This document shows, piece by piece, positions 39,680 through 52,334 of a DNA stretch of 64,000 bases. Within the stretch, counting starts at the first letter, position 1, and each line of letters opens with the position of its first letter. Under the pieces are notes generated by a model. That model did not search any database. It had not been told where the DNA came from and saw only the letters and a program-made list of their open reading frames with translations. The position numbers and the translations under genes are program-made. The DNA comes from the human T2T-CHM13v2.0 reference genome, Homo sapiens, in NCBI RefSeq assembly GCF_009914755.1, contig NC_060947.1, one strand, 5' to 3'.

Positions 39680-41313
39680 AAAGGCATAGGCCCTAGAATA
39701 GGAAAAAGAATCTTAAAACATATGGATTAAGTAGGAGGAATCACTCTATCTGATATTGAATCTTACTATATAGCTATACTATTCAAGACAATGCAATATT
39801 GTTAGACGAATAGACACATAGATCAATGGGAAAAAAAAGAGAAACCAAATACAGATTCACACAAATGTGCTAGACTGATTTTTGACAAAGATGAAAAAGC
39901 AATTAAACAGGAAAATAGATACCCTTTTAAATAAATGATATTGAAGCAACTGGGTACATATTAACCAGAAAAAAAGGTAAACTTTGACATCATTCTCACG
40001 TCTTATACAAGACTTAACCCAAAGTGGATTATAAACTTAACTATAAGATATAAAACTATACAACCCTTAGGAAAAAAAAACATAGAGGAAAATTATTAAG
40101 ATCTAGGGCTAGGCAAGTGGTTCGTAGACTCGACACCAAAAACATGACCCATAAAATGAAAAAAATTGATAAATTGGAAATCAAAATTGAAAATATTTGC
40201 TGTGTGAAAGTCCCCATAAAGAGGATGAAAATACAAGCTATGAAGAGACAAAATACTTGCAACCTGAATATCTGATAAGAAACTTATATCTAGAGTATAT
40301 AAAGACATCTTTGTAAAAACATAGTAAATATAAGCAAATAAAGCAATCCAATTAAAATGGGCAAAGTGTTTGATGGGACATCTCACTGAAAAAAAGACAT
40401 GGAAGCCTAATAAGTAGGAGTAATTTTCAACATCATTAGCCATTAAGAAAATACAGATTAAAATTACAATTAAATATTACTACAAACTTATTAAAATGAC
40501 TAAAACAAAAACATGTGACAAGTGGCAAGGACAAAGAGAAACTGCATCCTATATGTATTGCTGATGGGAATGTAAAGTTGAACACGCTATAAAACAGTTT
40601 GACAATTTCTTATAAAACTAAACATTTGATTACCATATGACACAACGATTGGACTTTTTGACCTTTATCCCAGAGAATGGCTATATTTTTGTTTACAAAA
40701 ATATTATACACTAATGTTCAAGCAGCTTTATTTATAATATTCAAAATCAGAAATGACTCAGCTGTTATAAGATATGTGATGAGCTAAACCATCCATTTCA
40801 TAGAATACTGCTTACCAATGGACTAGTGATGTACACACTAATTACAAGGGCATTATGCTGTGTGAAAGAGCTCATCTCGAAAGGTAACATAATGTATGAT
40901 CCCATTTTCAGAAAAATCGTGAAGAGACAAAATTAAAGAGATGGAGAACAGATTTGTGGTTGCCAGAGCTTTTGGGGGAGAAGTAGAAAGATGGCTCTGG
41001 TCTGAAGTTGGTAGCACAATAGATACTTGTGATAGAACTGTTCTATATCTCTACATTGATAATGATCATACAAATCAGCAAATGTTATGAAATTGCATAG
41101 AACTAAATATATGCACACAAAATAGTGCACGTAAAACTGGTAAAACCTGAATAAGTTTGGTGAATTGTATAAATGTTAATTGACACAATACTATAGGAAA
41201 AATATTATCATTGGTTAACACTGAAACTGGGTAATAATTTTACATGAAATTTCTGTATTGTTTCTTACTACTGAATGTGAATCTAAAATTACCTCAAAAT
41301 TAAAAGTTAAAAA
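39680..41313 (+). mobile_element. L1MC/MD ORF2 end and 3' UTR
   Basis: ggaggaatcactctatctgat, gacacatagatcaatgg, ends gtgaatctaaaattacctcaaaattaaaag. Confidence 0.82.
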
Positions 41314-41739
41314 AGATTAAGCACTGTTAGCATCTTTCTTTAAAAATTATATATATATGGATATACGTGTGTATACACACATACACTCATATATATTTCA
41401 GTAAATGTATAGTAAGCATTGATTTTTCCCATTTATGAAGTTTAATAAGTTAAAAGTCTGTGAGTAAAGTAGCATTATTTATTAAAATCATAGATTTTTC
41501 ATGTCATGTTAGTCAGATTGTCATTCTGTATGCCATACAGCATTTCCAAAACAAATCATGGTTAGCCATACTTTACCTCCTCTTTTCCCCTGTCAATATG
41601 GGTACATCAGTAAAAGTTATACAGTTTAAAAACTTTCAGTTTTCCAGCTTTCTTTTCTCAATTCCATATCTAATATTGAGCTAGAATATTTAGTAGTTCA
41701 TCATTTTCTGATCTCTTGTTACCTGAGTGACCAACTGGG

Positions 41740-41935
41740 AAATAAAAGTGAGATGAAATGAAACTGCAAGATAATTGAAGTTTCCCCTGTTCTCCTGTCA
41801 GTTTGAGAGAATATTTGAATAATGTATTGTTAAATATTGTATTGTTTATTGAAAAATAAAAGTGAGATGAAATGAAACTGCAAGATAATTGAACTTTCTC
41901 TTGTTCTCCTGTCAATTTGAGGGAATATTTAAATA
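41740..41935. repeat. 82-bp direct duplication separated by a 32-bp filler
   Basis: 41740-41821 vs 41854-41935, about 6 mismatches. Confidence 0.92.
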
Positions 41936-42469
41936 CTGAAATATTTCAAGCAAATGGAGCTGTTATTCTTAGCTCTTCTATCCAAAGCACCATTTTGTAT
42001 AATTTTTCATTAATTAAATATTGTATGGTTTATATCAATTACAACTACATGCACTTATTAGTTTATTTTTTCAAAAACAAGCACAAATTTTACTCTCCTC
42101 AATATATCTACTATATCACATTATTATTTTCTTACCACACTGAAATGCAATACTTCCAAGAATCATCCTAAACCATGATGGCTACACCTGTTAGTGATAT
42201 AAAGGAAAAAGTGCACAGAGCTAATGATAACCAAAAGTAAAAAAGACAGTTATTCTCTTCTGAAACTAAGGGTATACAAAATGGAGCTAAGATATAGAAC
42301 CACCTGTGTGCTACAATACAGAGACATTCTAATGGTTCTCAAATACTTTCTTTCTACCAGATATATACTGTACAGTAGAATCTAAAATGTTTATAATGCT
42401 CACAAATAAGAAGCAGACTTTTAAAGTGCATTTCAAGGAACACTCATTTTATAAGATGTGAATAAGTGT

Positions 42470-42570
42470 CCTGCACACACACACATTTGCACACTCACAT
42501 ATACATAGACACACACATATATACATATACATGTATATATGTATATATCTGATAAATATATATATATAGT
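42470..42570. repeat. (CA)n/(TA)n low-complexity repeat
   Basis: Read directly. Confidence 0.8.
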
Positions 42571-42689
42571 ATAAAATAACTGAAATGTATCAGGATACAA
42601 GAGTGTAAAGTACTGCAGAACTTCAAAGAGATTATGAACAGTAGTTATCTGAGGGAGGAATTAATCTTCAACCATGTTTGAATAAAGAA

Positions 42690-43790
42690 TTCTCCACTTT
42701 TTAAATGCATAAAACCTACATACATAACATTTCCTAACTAATTCTGTGAAGCTAATATAACTGATTCCAAAATGAAGTAATAACATAGCAAGAAAGGAAA
42801 ACTGCAGACCAATATCACAAATCCAAGAGCACATTTTAAAAAGAATATGCATCATGAAAAAGTAGGATTTATTAATGGAATACAAGAGTGGTTCAACACA
42901 AAAAAAATTAATGTCACACACTGCATTAATCGAATGAAGAGGGGGAAGCACATAACTATTACAACTGATGCAAAAAAAAGAGCATTTGACAAAGCCCATC
43001 ACCCTTTTCTGAAATAAAATATTCAACAAACTAGGAAAAATAAAATATTCAACAAAATAGGAATCGAAGAATATTTCTTCAACTTAATGAAAGGCATGTA
43101 AGAAAAATATACAGCTAACATCATACTTATGGTGAAAGACTAAAAGTTTTTCTGTAAGATCAAAACAAAAAAAGGATTTTTTTCCACTTCTCTTCAATAT
43201 TGTGCTAGAAGTTATGGCCAGAGAAATTAGGTAACGATAAAAGTAAAAAGTATCCAGATTGGGGAATAAAGAATAGAATTCTCTTTATTCATAGGTGACA
43301 TGATCTTATATATAGAATACCATAAGCAATCCATAAAAACTATTATATTTAAGAAGTTAATTCAGAAAAGTTGCAGCATACATCAGCATACAAAATCAGC
43401 TGTATTTTTATATATTAGTAGTCTTAAAGTGAAATTAAGAAAACAATTTTATTTACAATAACATCAAAAAGAATAAAACACTTAGAAATAAAGTTAGCTA
43501 AGGAGATGCAAGACTTGTATACTTAAAACTATAGAACAAGTTTGAGAGAAATTAAAGAGTAGATAAATAAATGAAAAGATATCCCATATTCATGCATTGA
43601 AAAATAATATTGTTAAGACAGCAATACAGCACAAATAGGTGTAGAGATTCCATGCAATAGCTATCAAAGTTTCAACTGCCTTTTTTGAAGAAATGACAAG
43701 CTCATCTTACAACTAATATAGAATTTCAAGAAAACATGAATAGCCAAAACAGTCTTGAAAAATAATAAAGTTGGAGGACTCTACATTTTT
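42690..43790 (+). mobile_element. L1M ORF2 (RT region) fragment
   Basis: gatgcaaaaaaagagcatttgacaaa, ggtgacatgatcttatatatagaa (ADD motif), aaagttggaggact. Confidence 0.8.
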
Positions 43791-45060
43791 CCATTTAAAA
43801 AAAATGCAGAAAAAAGGAAGTACACCAAGTTGAGGAAAAATGATACAACATGGAAAATCACTTCTATAGAAAAAAAGTAAAACCAGCTTTCATATATATA
43901 TATATAAAAAATATATGTTTATATAACATATATAAATCTATTGGATGTATTAAATTCATTGTACATATAAATTGAAGACAATATATTATATTTGAGTATT
44001 ATGTATCTAATACTATATATGTATTATATATAATTTCTTGCCTTCAATTTATACATTCATATGAATTTATAAATAGGTATATATGTGTGCATATATGTGT
44101 ATGAGTCAATAAATATACATATATAAACATATACATTCATCCATACACAGGCACACACACAGGCACAGGTGACTACTGTAAAGATAAGCTAAATAATAGT
44201 AAATAAAATAATGTTAAAGGTCTTATATTTTATGTGAAGAAAAACAGTGCTAACCCCTTATAGACTTTGGAAGTTAACAATATGTATTACAACGGCCAGA
44301 GGAAAAGCTAAAAAATGCAAATATTTAGTCATGAAAAACAGATGAAAGAGTATCTGAAAAAATATTTAATTCAGTCATAAAGAGGAAAATAAGCAGAAAT
44401 AGACAAAAATAAAGGGAACAAGTTGAAAACAAATGAGTAATTGTAAATGTGAATCCAAACATATCAATATCAATAATGACATTTAAATATTAATGGAATA
44501 AATACTCCAACATAAAAGTTGAGATGAATAAAACTCATTAAAAAGCTGCAGCCAACTTTATGTTGTGATAGGTTAAAGAAAGATAGATGGATATATTAAA
44601 AAAATGGCATCATAAGTAAGAACAAAAAGGCTGGAGTCACTATATCATAATCAGATAAGTTAAACTTAAAGTGTAGGAGTATTAACATAAACAGAGACAT
44701 TTCATGATTTTATGGCAAATATGAAAATTTATCAGAGAGATATAACAACTGTAAATATGCATGTGCATTATAAATGGCATTCCAAATACATAAAGCAACA
44801 CTTAACAGAAATAAAGATAGAAATATATAATTCCATGAGCATGCAGGGAAATTTTAACTGCATTCATAGTAAGGCTGCACTCAACAACTGAAGAATAAAC
44901 TTCTGTTAAGTGCATATGGCAAGTACACCAAAAATGGATCATAAGCTAGGCCTTAAACAAGTTTTAATACATTTTAAAATAACTGTAAGCATATTGACTA
45001 TGTTCTCTTACAATAATTGTATTGAATTAGAAATCATCAACAATAATATTTCTAAGAAGT

Positions 45061-45709
45061 TGTTCTGTGCAGGAAATGCACAAGGGGAAAGGAAAAGACA
45101 CACACAATACTTTTAAGGGTAAACAGTCTTTATCCCAAGTATATGGCAATACAGATATAATAAACAAATCATATAATAAGCAAATCATATGATAAGCAAA
45201 TCATGTAATAAGCAAATTGCAATGGGAAGGGGAGAAGGGAAAATATATATATATTTACACTCACCACACGATTGAGGATTCATCACCAGACCGAGAAGGT
45301 ACAGCCTGGGCTCCAGAGTCAGCCTCTACACTCACCAGACTATGGCGGATTCATCATTATACTGGGAAGCAACAGCCTGGGCCCCAGAGTTGGTCATCCG
45401 TCCATGCACAGATGAGGAGAGGTCTCAGGAAGCTTTGGCGTGGTCTGGGACCTTACCTCTTTGTGTAATGAGTTGTTTGGTGTGAGGCCCAGTCACAAGG
45501 GCCATTCATGACTGGGCTCAAGGAACACAAAAAGGTCAACTTGTTTTTCAATAACTAACATACAGGAACAGATTGAAACAGAGATTTCTCGGAAATGGTG
45601 TTGGATGAATGCCTCAAGGGGCTCACACAACCTGTTCCAGGACTTGGTGACCTTTCTTTGTGTCCACGTTCAATCGAGTTCATATTTAATATTTAACTTT
45701 TCTTCCAAA
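45061..45709 (-). mobile_element. LTR18-like (HERVL18) solo LTR
   Basis: Reverse complement begins ..gaaaagttaaatattaaatatgaactcgattgaacgtggacac; 5-bp TSD gaagt 45056-45060 / 45710-45714. Confidence 0.75.
45155..45218. repeat. 16-bp tandem x4 (atataataagcaaatc) inside the LTR
   Basis: Read directly. Confidence 0.9.
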
Positions 45710-45965
45710 GAAGTATAAATTTCAAATACTTAAAAATTAAACAATACACTTTAACAATACACTTTAAATTATTCATGGTTCAAAAGCACAAAGAAGAAAA
45801 GGTGCCTGCATGATAAGGCCTCTGGTTAATCTCTTTAATCTTCTTATAGTAGGAGATCTGACATTATGTGCCTCCTGCTGTGTTGCAAGGGGGTACTGAC
45901 ACATGAATTATGTAATACATTTGCCCCCAAACATGAATCATAAGCACCCTTAGAAGTAAATATTT

Positions 45966-46266
45966 GGCCGGGTGCCGTGGCTCACACCTGTAATCCCAGC
46001 ACTTTGGGAGGCAGAGGCAGGTGGATCGCCTGAGGTCAGGAGTTCGAGACCAGCCTGGCCAACCTGGTGAACCCTGTCTCTACTAAAAATACAAAAATTA
46101 GCTGGGCGTGGTGGCAGGCCCCTGTAATCCCAGCTACTCAGGAGGCTGAGGGAGGAGAATCACTTGAACTCAGGAGGCAGAGGTTTCAGTGAGCCGAGAT
46201 TGTGCCATTGCACTCCAGCCTGAGCGACAAGAGCGAAACTCCGTCTCAAAAAACAACAACAAAAAA
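45966..46266 (+). mobile_element. AluS (Sq/Sp-like)
   Basis: Full dimer; TSD core aaatattt. Confidence 0.95.
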
Positions 46267-47199
46267 GGAAATATTTATGTCAGTCCAGTATATGCACTTT
46301 CTATAGATTAAAAAAGCCTGGTTTTAGCAAACATTATTGCAGTGAAACAGACACACACACACACACCACAAACACAAGAAAGAGAAATCATTCTACTTCA
46401 ACAGAAACTAAAAGGACACAAATGAGTAAAATTTTATAGAATTATAATGAAACATTAAAAAGCTGCAATATCTTTTGAGATCAACTTGGAGAAATGTGCA
46501 TATTTTCATGAATCAGAGTATTTTGCATGATAACATGCAATTATTTTCAATTTTCATATGTGTAATAATAATATTGAGGTTATGCAGAAAAATGTTTATT
46601 AAAAATGTCTACTAAAAGTAGACAAAATTTGAACTGTTGGGGGTGAAGTGGGATGATACTGCTAATTCAAAATATATTCTTAAGAAAAATATGTTTGAAT
46701 ATAACTATATATGTGTTTGAACTAGAGAGACAAAAATCACATGCACTAAAATAACAACACCTGGTGACTGAATTGGAATACTACAAGGATTTAATTGTAG
46801 TGCATATCCTCCTTGAAATAGGCACAATATTGTTCAAAATAAAAAAGTTAACAATAACACATCTTCTCACAAAGAATACCCTGGTCCAACATAACTGTGC
46901 AGGTAAACTCTCCTGAGTATTTAAGAAAAGAAAAATTACCAATACAACACAAAAAATAACTATGAACAGTAGAGAAAGAGATAACCATTTTAAATTTTTT
47001 AATGTGTCTGGCAATATTTTATATCAAACTTTAGCAAGAAAGTAATCTAAGGAACCCCAGACATTCATTCCTTACAGAAATATTAAAGAAAGAACTAGAG
47101 GTGCATAAAATATCTTTGTAAGTGCCCTGATAAGCTATGAAAGATCTATATTAATAAAGCAAATGCTCCTCGACTCTAAAAGCTGTCTTTATGGCTGCG

Positions 47200-47502
47200 A
47201 TCATTTTGTTGGGCTGTTGTAACAAAATACCACAGACTCTGTGGTTTACAAAACAGAAATTGATTTTCTCATTTTATGGAGGTTGAGGAGTACAAGATTA
47301 AGGTGCCAGCAGGGTTGGTGTCTGGTGAAGGTTCCCCACTTGTGTTGCAGATGGCCGCCTCTTTGCTGTGTGTTCACATGGCCTTTCTTAGTGCATACGG
47401 AAAAAAAGGGGAGAGAGGAAATAAAGGAGGGAGGGACAGAAAGAGAAAAAGAGAAAGCTCTCTGGTGTCCATTCCTATAAGGACTCTAATTCTATCAGAT
47501 TA
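47200..47502 (-). mobile_element. MLT1A LTR fragment
   Basis: gggctgttgtaacaaaataccacagact...aggtgccagcag...ttgcagatggccgcc. Confidence 0.8.
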
Positions 47503-47509
47503 CATATCA

Positions 47510-48600
<1,091 letters not shown>

Positions 48601-48602
48601 TT

Positions 48603-49335
48603 AAAAGCAGTTTCTTACAAGACTAAACAAACTCTTATTATATGATCCAGCAATCCTACTACTTGGTATTTATCCAAAAGTGTTGAAAACGTATGCTGAC
48701 ACAAAAATCTGCCTGCAGATGTTTATATCAGCTTTATTCATAATTGTCAAAACTTAGAGGCAACAATATTGTCCTTCAGTAGGTAAATGGATAAATAAAC
48801 TGTGGCATATCCAGATAATGGAATATCATTTAGTGCTATACATAAATTAGCTTTCATAGAATGAAAAGTCATAGTAGAATCTTAAATGCATATTGCTAAG
48901 AAAAAGAAGTAAATGTAAAAAGGCTGCATACTGTCTGATTCCAACTATATGACATTTTGAAAGGAGAAAAATTATGTAGAGAGTAAAATGATCAGTGGTT
49001 GTTGGGGATTGTGGTGATGAAATGATTAATAGCCAGAACACAGAGGATTTTTATGGCAGTAAAATAGTTCTGCATAATGCTATCATGGTAGTTATATTAA
49101 TATATATTTTTGAAAACCTATACAATGTACACCAACAGTGTACCTTAATATAAACCATGGCCATTTGATGATAAGGATGTATAAATATAGGCTAATAAAG
49201 TGTAAAAAAATAACACTTTGGTGCAGGTTGTTGATAGTGAGAAAGGTTGATCATTATTGGGGACAGGAGGTATATAGTACCTACCACCTAATCTTGCTAT
49301 CAACCTAAGACTGCTCTAAAAAGTGTAGTTTATTA
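48603..49335 (+). mobile_element. L1MC1-like 3' end
   Basis: atatgatccagcaatc...aacctaagactgctctaaaaa. Confidence 0.8.
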
Positions 49336-51879
49336 ATTCTACAAAAGTCATTAGACAAAGAGTAAATTTGAAAGCAACAATTTACTGCACAGCAAAGAGA
49401 GAGGCAAAATATCTATAATATTCAGAAATTGTTCATGAGATGAAAAGAAGAAGGCACAAAATAATAGAAGAAAATGTACAGAAGCTATAAGCAGTGATAA
49501 TAATTTGTTTGTCCATTAGTGGTCAGATTAATATAGGCTCAAATTGTAAATGGTCAGGTCTAGGTACATGGTTTGATATAGTGTCTCTGAAATCCCATTC
49601 TGAATTTAGCCAGAGGAAGAGAGGATTTAAAAAGTGACCTAAGATCCATTTCTCTCCTGTTCCAGAGAGAAGACCCAGAAAAATAATTGAGGAATGTCAA
49701 CAGATATTATTTTTTAAAAAGTTGTGGTATTAGATCCAAATATCTGAGCAGAGATAAATAAATGTCATTAGTGAAACTTCTAGGTAGAAATAATTTTGAT
49801 TGTTTAATAAACAGCTTTCTTCAAAATTTAGCAGGTCTCTTTGATTATTCTGCTGTGACCTGTATAGATGCAAAAGCTTTTGGAGATGATGAATTTGACA
49901 AATAAAACAAAATATAATTACACACAAACCACATGTACATACACAAACATACATCATATATGCTATGAATTATATATGTAAATACATACACACATATATA
50001 TATATATACCTATATATGATGTGAATTTGTGTATGACCTGGACAATTTTAAACTCTCAAGTAGTCACGCAACTATTTTAAAACCTGGAAATTAAAAATTG
50101 TTTAACACTTACATGAAATAAGTGTTGAATAGATATAGGGTGATTTTCTTTCTTTAAAAAGTGATTCTATATCTAACATCAATTATAGTCTAAATTTCAA
50201 AATGAATATGTGCTTTTTTCATAATGTTTTTCCCATTTTTAATTTTCTTTCACCAATTTTTCACGGCATTGTCTATATTATAACTTCTCACATATTACGC
50301 TCATTTTTATCTTTTGATAATTTCTCCTGTTTTGCAATTTTTTCTCTTCTGTATTATATATTCCTTAATACAATATACATTTAGAACATTATACTTCTGA
50401 TTATTTAGTCAGATAGCTCTTCTTCCTCAAAGCATACAAGAATGTAGCTTGTGAGTAGATGTGAACACCAAAAAACTAGTTAATGCAGAATTTCCTCTGA
50501 AAACTAAATGTTTATAAAGTGAAGGCTTATGCTAGTAAATTTAAACTCGAAGACTAGCACATTTAAAAGGAAAAATGTTTAAATTTTATTTAATAGCTAG
50601 ATGCATATTTCTAGTTTTTTAGTGAATTTGATTTAATTTAGAGAAAATGACAAATTTTCTTTTTATGTGTGATAGCTAGAAGTGACAATTCAACACATAG
50701 CAATAATGATACTATAGGCTTTTCAGCTAGGAATCATAGAATAGCAGAGAAGGAAGCTTTCATTTACGCCAAGATAATTTCAACTCCTCACAGAAAATAT
50801 TTATTCTTCTGTCAAGCTTACCTAGTTTATATACAGAACTAAAAACTTATCTAATTAAAATGAATTAATAAGTTCTTTCTATTCATTAAAAGAGATTCCT
50901 AAAAAGAACTATGTTCAAGAGAAAATTATTCCTACCCAATTCAAGAGCTAATGAAAATGCAAAGCTTTTGATTTCACTCCTTTGAGCTGTCAGAAGTGAC
51001 AGAATGATGAGGCATATGATTCACAAACAGCATCAAACTGGGCTCTGAAATAAAACTGGCTGTTCCCCGGAATATACATAAATTAGTGTTTGATATTACA
51101 CAGAATAAATTCAATAATGAAAGGCATTCCAAAAATCATAAGAGTGAAAACACTTATGAAAAACGCCAGTCAAATTTGCAATTAGGATTGCACATCCTCC
51201 TTGAAATACATGCAATTCACAATTGTGCTTAAAATATAGCAAATTGTTTTCCTTGATTGAAGTAAGGTGCCAAATTGAAATCGCAAGAGTAAGGTGACAA
51301 ACTGAAATAGCCATTTGCAAAATGTGAGTTCTCCGCAATATGACAGTGGAAATGAAGGGAATGGAAACATAATTTAAAAAGAGGGTTCGTGAAGTTCACA
51401 CACTAACCAAAACTGGCAACATTTAGTCTTCAGAAATTAAATACAAACAGCTCTACTATGAGACACAATATTTTTGCTGAAGCCTACAGTAAAAATAATT
51501 TTCTAATAAAAATATATTGATGTAACTTTTCATATTCAAAGACTATGCAATTTCAAAAGTATTCTAGCAAAAATGCAATTTTTTTCCTAAGGAAAGCACA
51601 GTCATGTAGAGGTGATAATATGCCGTATCTCTCAAACGCCAAGAATTTTTAAAATCTCATGAAATTCCTGAAATAGAAAAAAATTACCTGCCAAATTTGA
51701 ATTATCAAATTGGTTTAATTGACTAAACTACCCCAAACAAGAATGTTGTGAGAAAAATTTAGGCAGAATATGAGGGATTCTGTAATGTTAAGTAAAATAC
51801 CTGAGCAAGTAGAGAACATGATTATAGTGGAAATATTTGTCAGTGATGGGAATTTAAATGTGTACTCCACTCGTCTGAA

Positions 51880-52322
51880 ATATTAAAATTCAAAAATTAA
51901 AAATACGTGAAGCTTCAACCTTAAACTAGTAAGAAGAGTACAAATTAAACACATAGTAAATAGAAGAAATGAAATAATATGGATCATTATGGAAACCAAT
52001 AAAATAGAAAACAGGAAAAAATGGTATAGAAAATCAATGAAACCAAAAGCTATTTTTAAGATCAATAAATCTGATCAAATTACAGCAAGATTGATCAGAG
52101 AAAAAATACATATGATATAACTTACCAATATCAGGGAGTGAGAAGATAGCAAGAAAATAGGAATATTAAAAATATAAGATAATATGATGAACACATTTCT
52201 GCCAAAAATGACAACTTACATGAAATAGGCAAATTATTTGCAAGACACAAACCAACAAGACAAATCAAGAAGAAATAAAGTGAATAGCACTATATTTACA
52301 AGAGATATTAAATTTGTAGCTA
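51880..52322 (+). mobile_element. L1M ORF2 fragment
   Basis: gaaaatcaatgaaaccaaaagc, gacaacttacatgaaataggcaaatt. Confidence 0.7.
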
Positions 52323-52334
52323 ATTCTCCAGTAC

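Larger units (their letters stand above)
43820..45790 (+). mobile_element. L1M inter-ORF/endonuclease fragment, split by an LTR18-like element
   Basis: ttaatggaataaatactccaa, aaggctggagtcactatatcataatcagataa, ttctcttacaataattgtattgaattagaaatc. Confidence 0.65.

Noticed and set aside
45155-45396. Repeat arrays as CRISPR-like
   Set aside because: Head-to-tail repeats with no unique spacers, inside a human LTR
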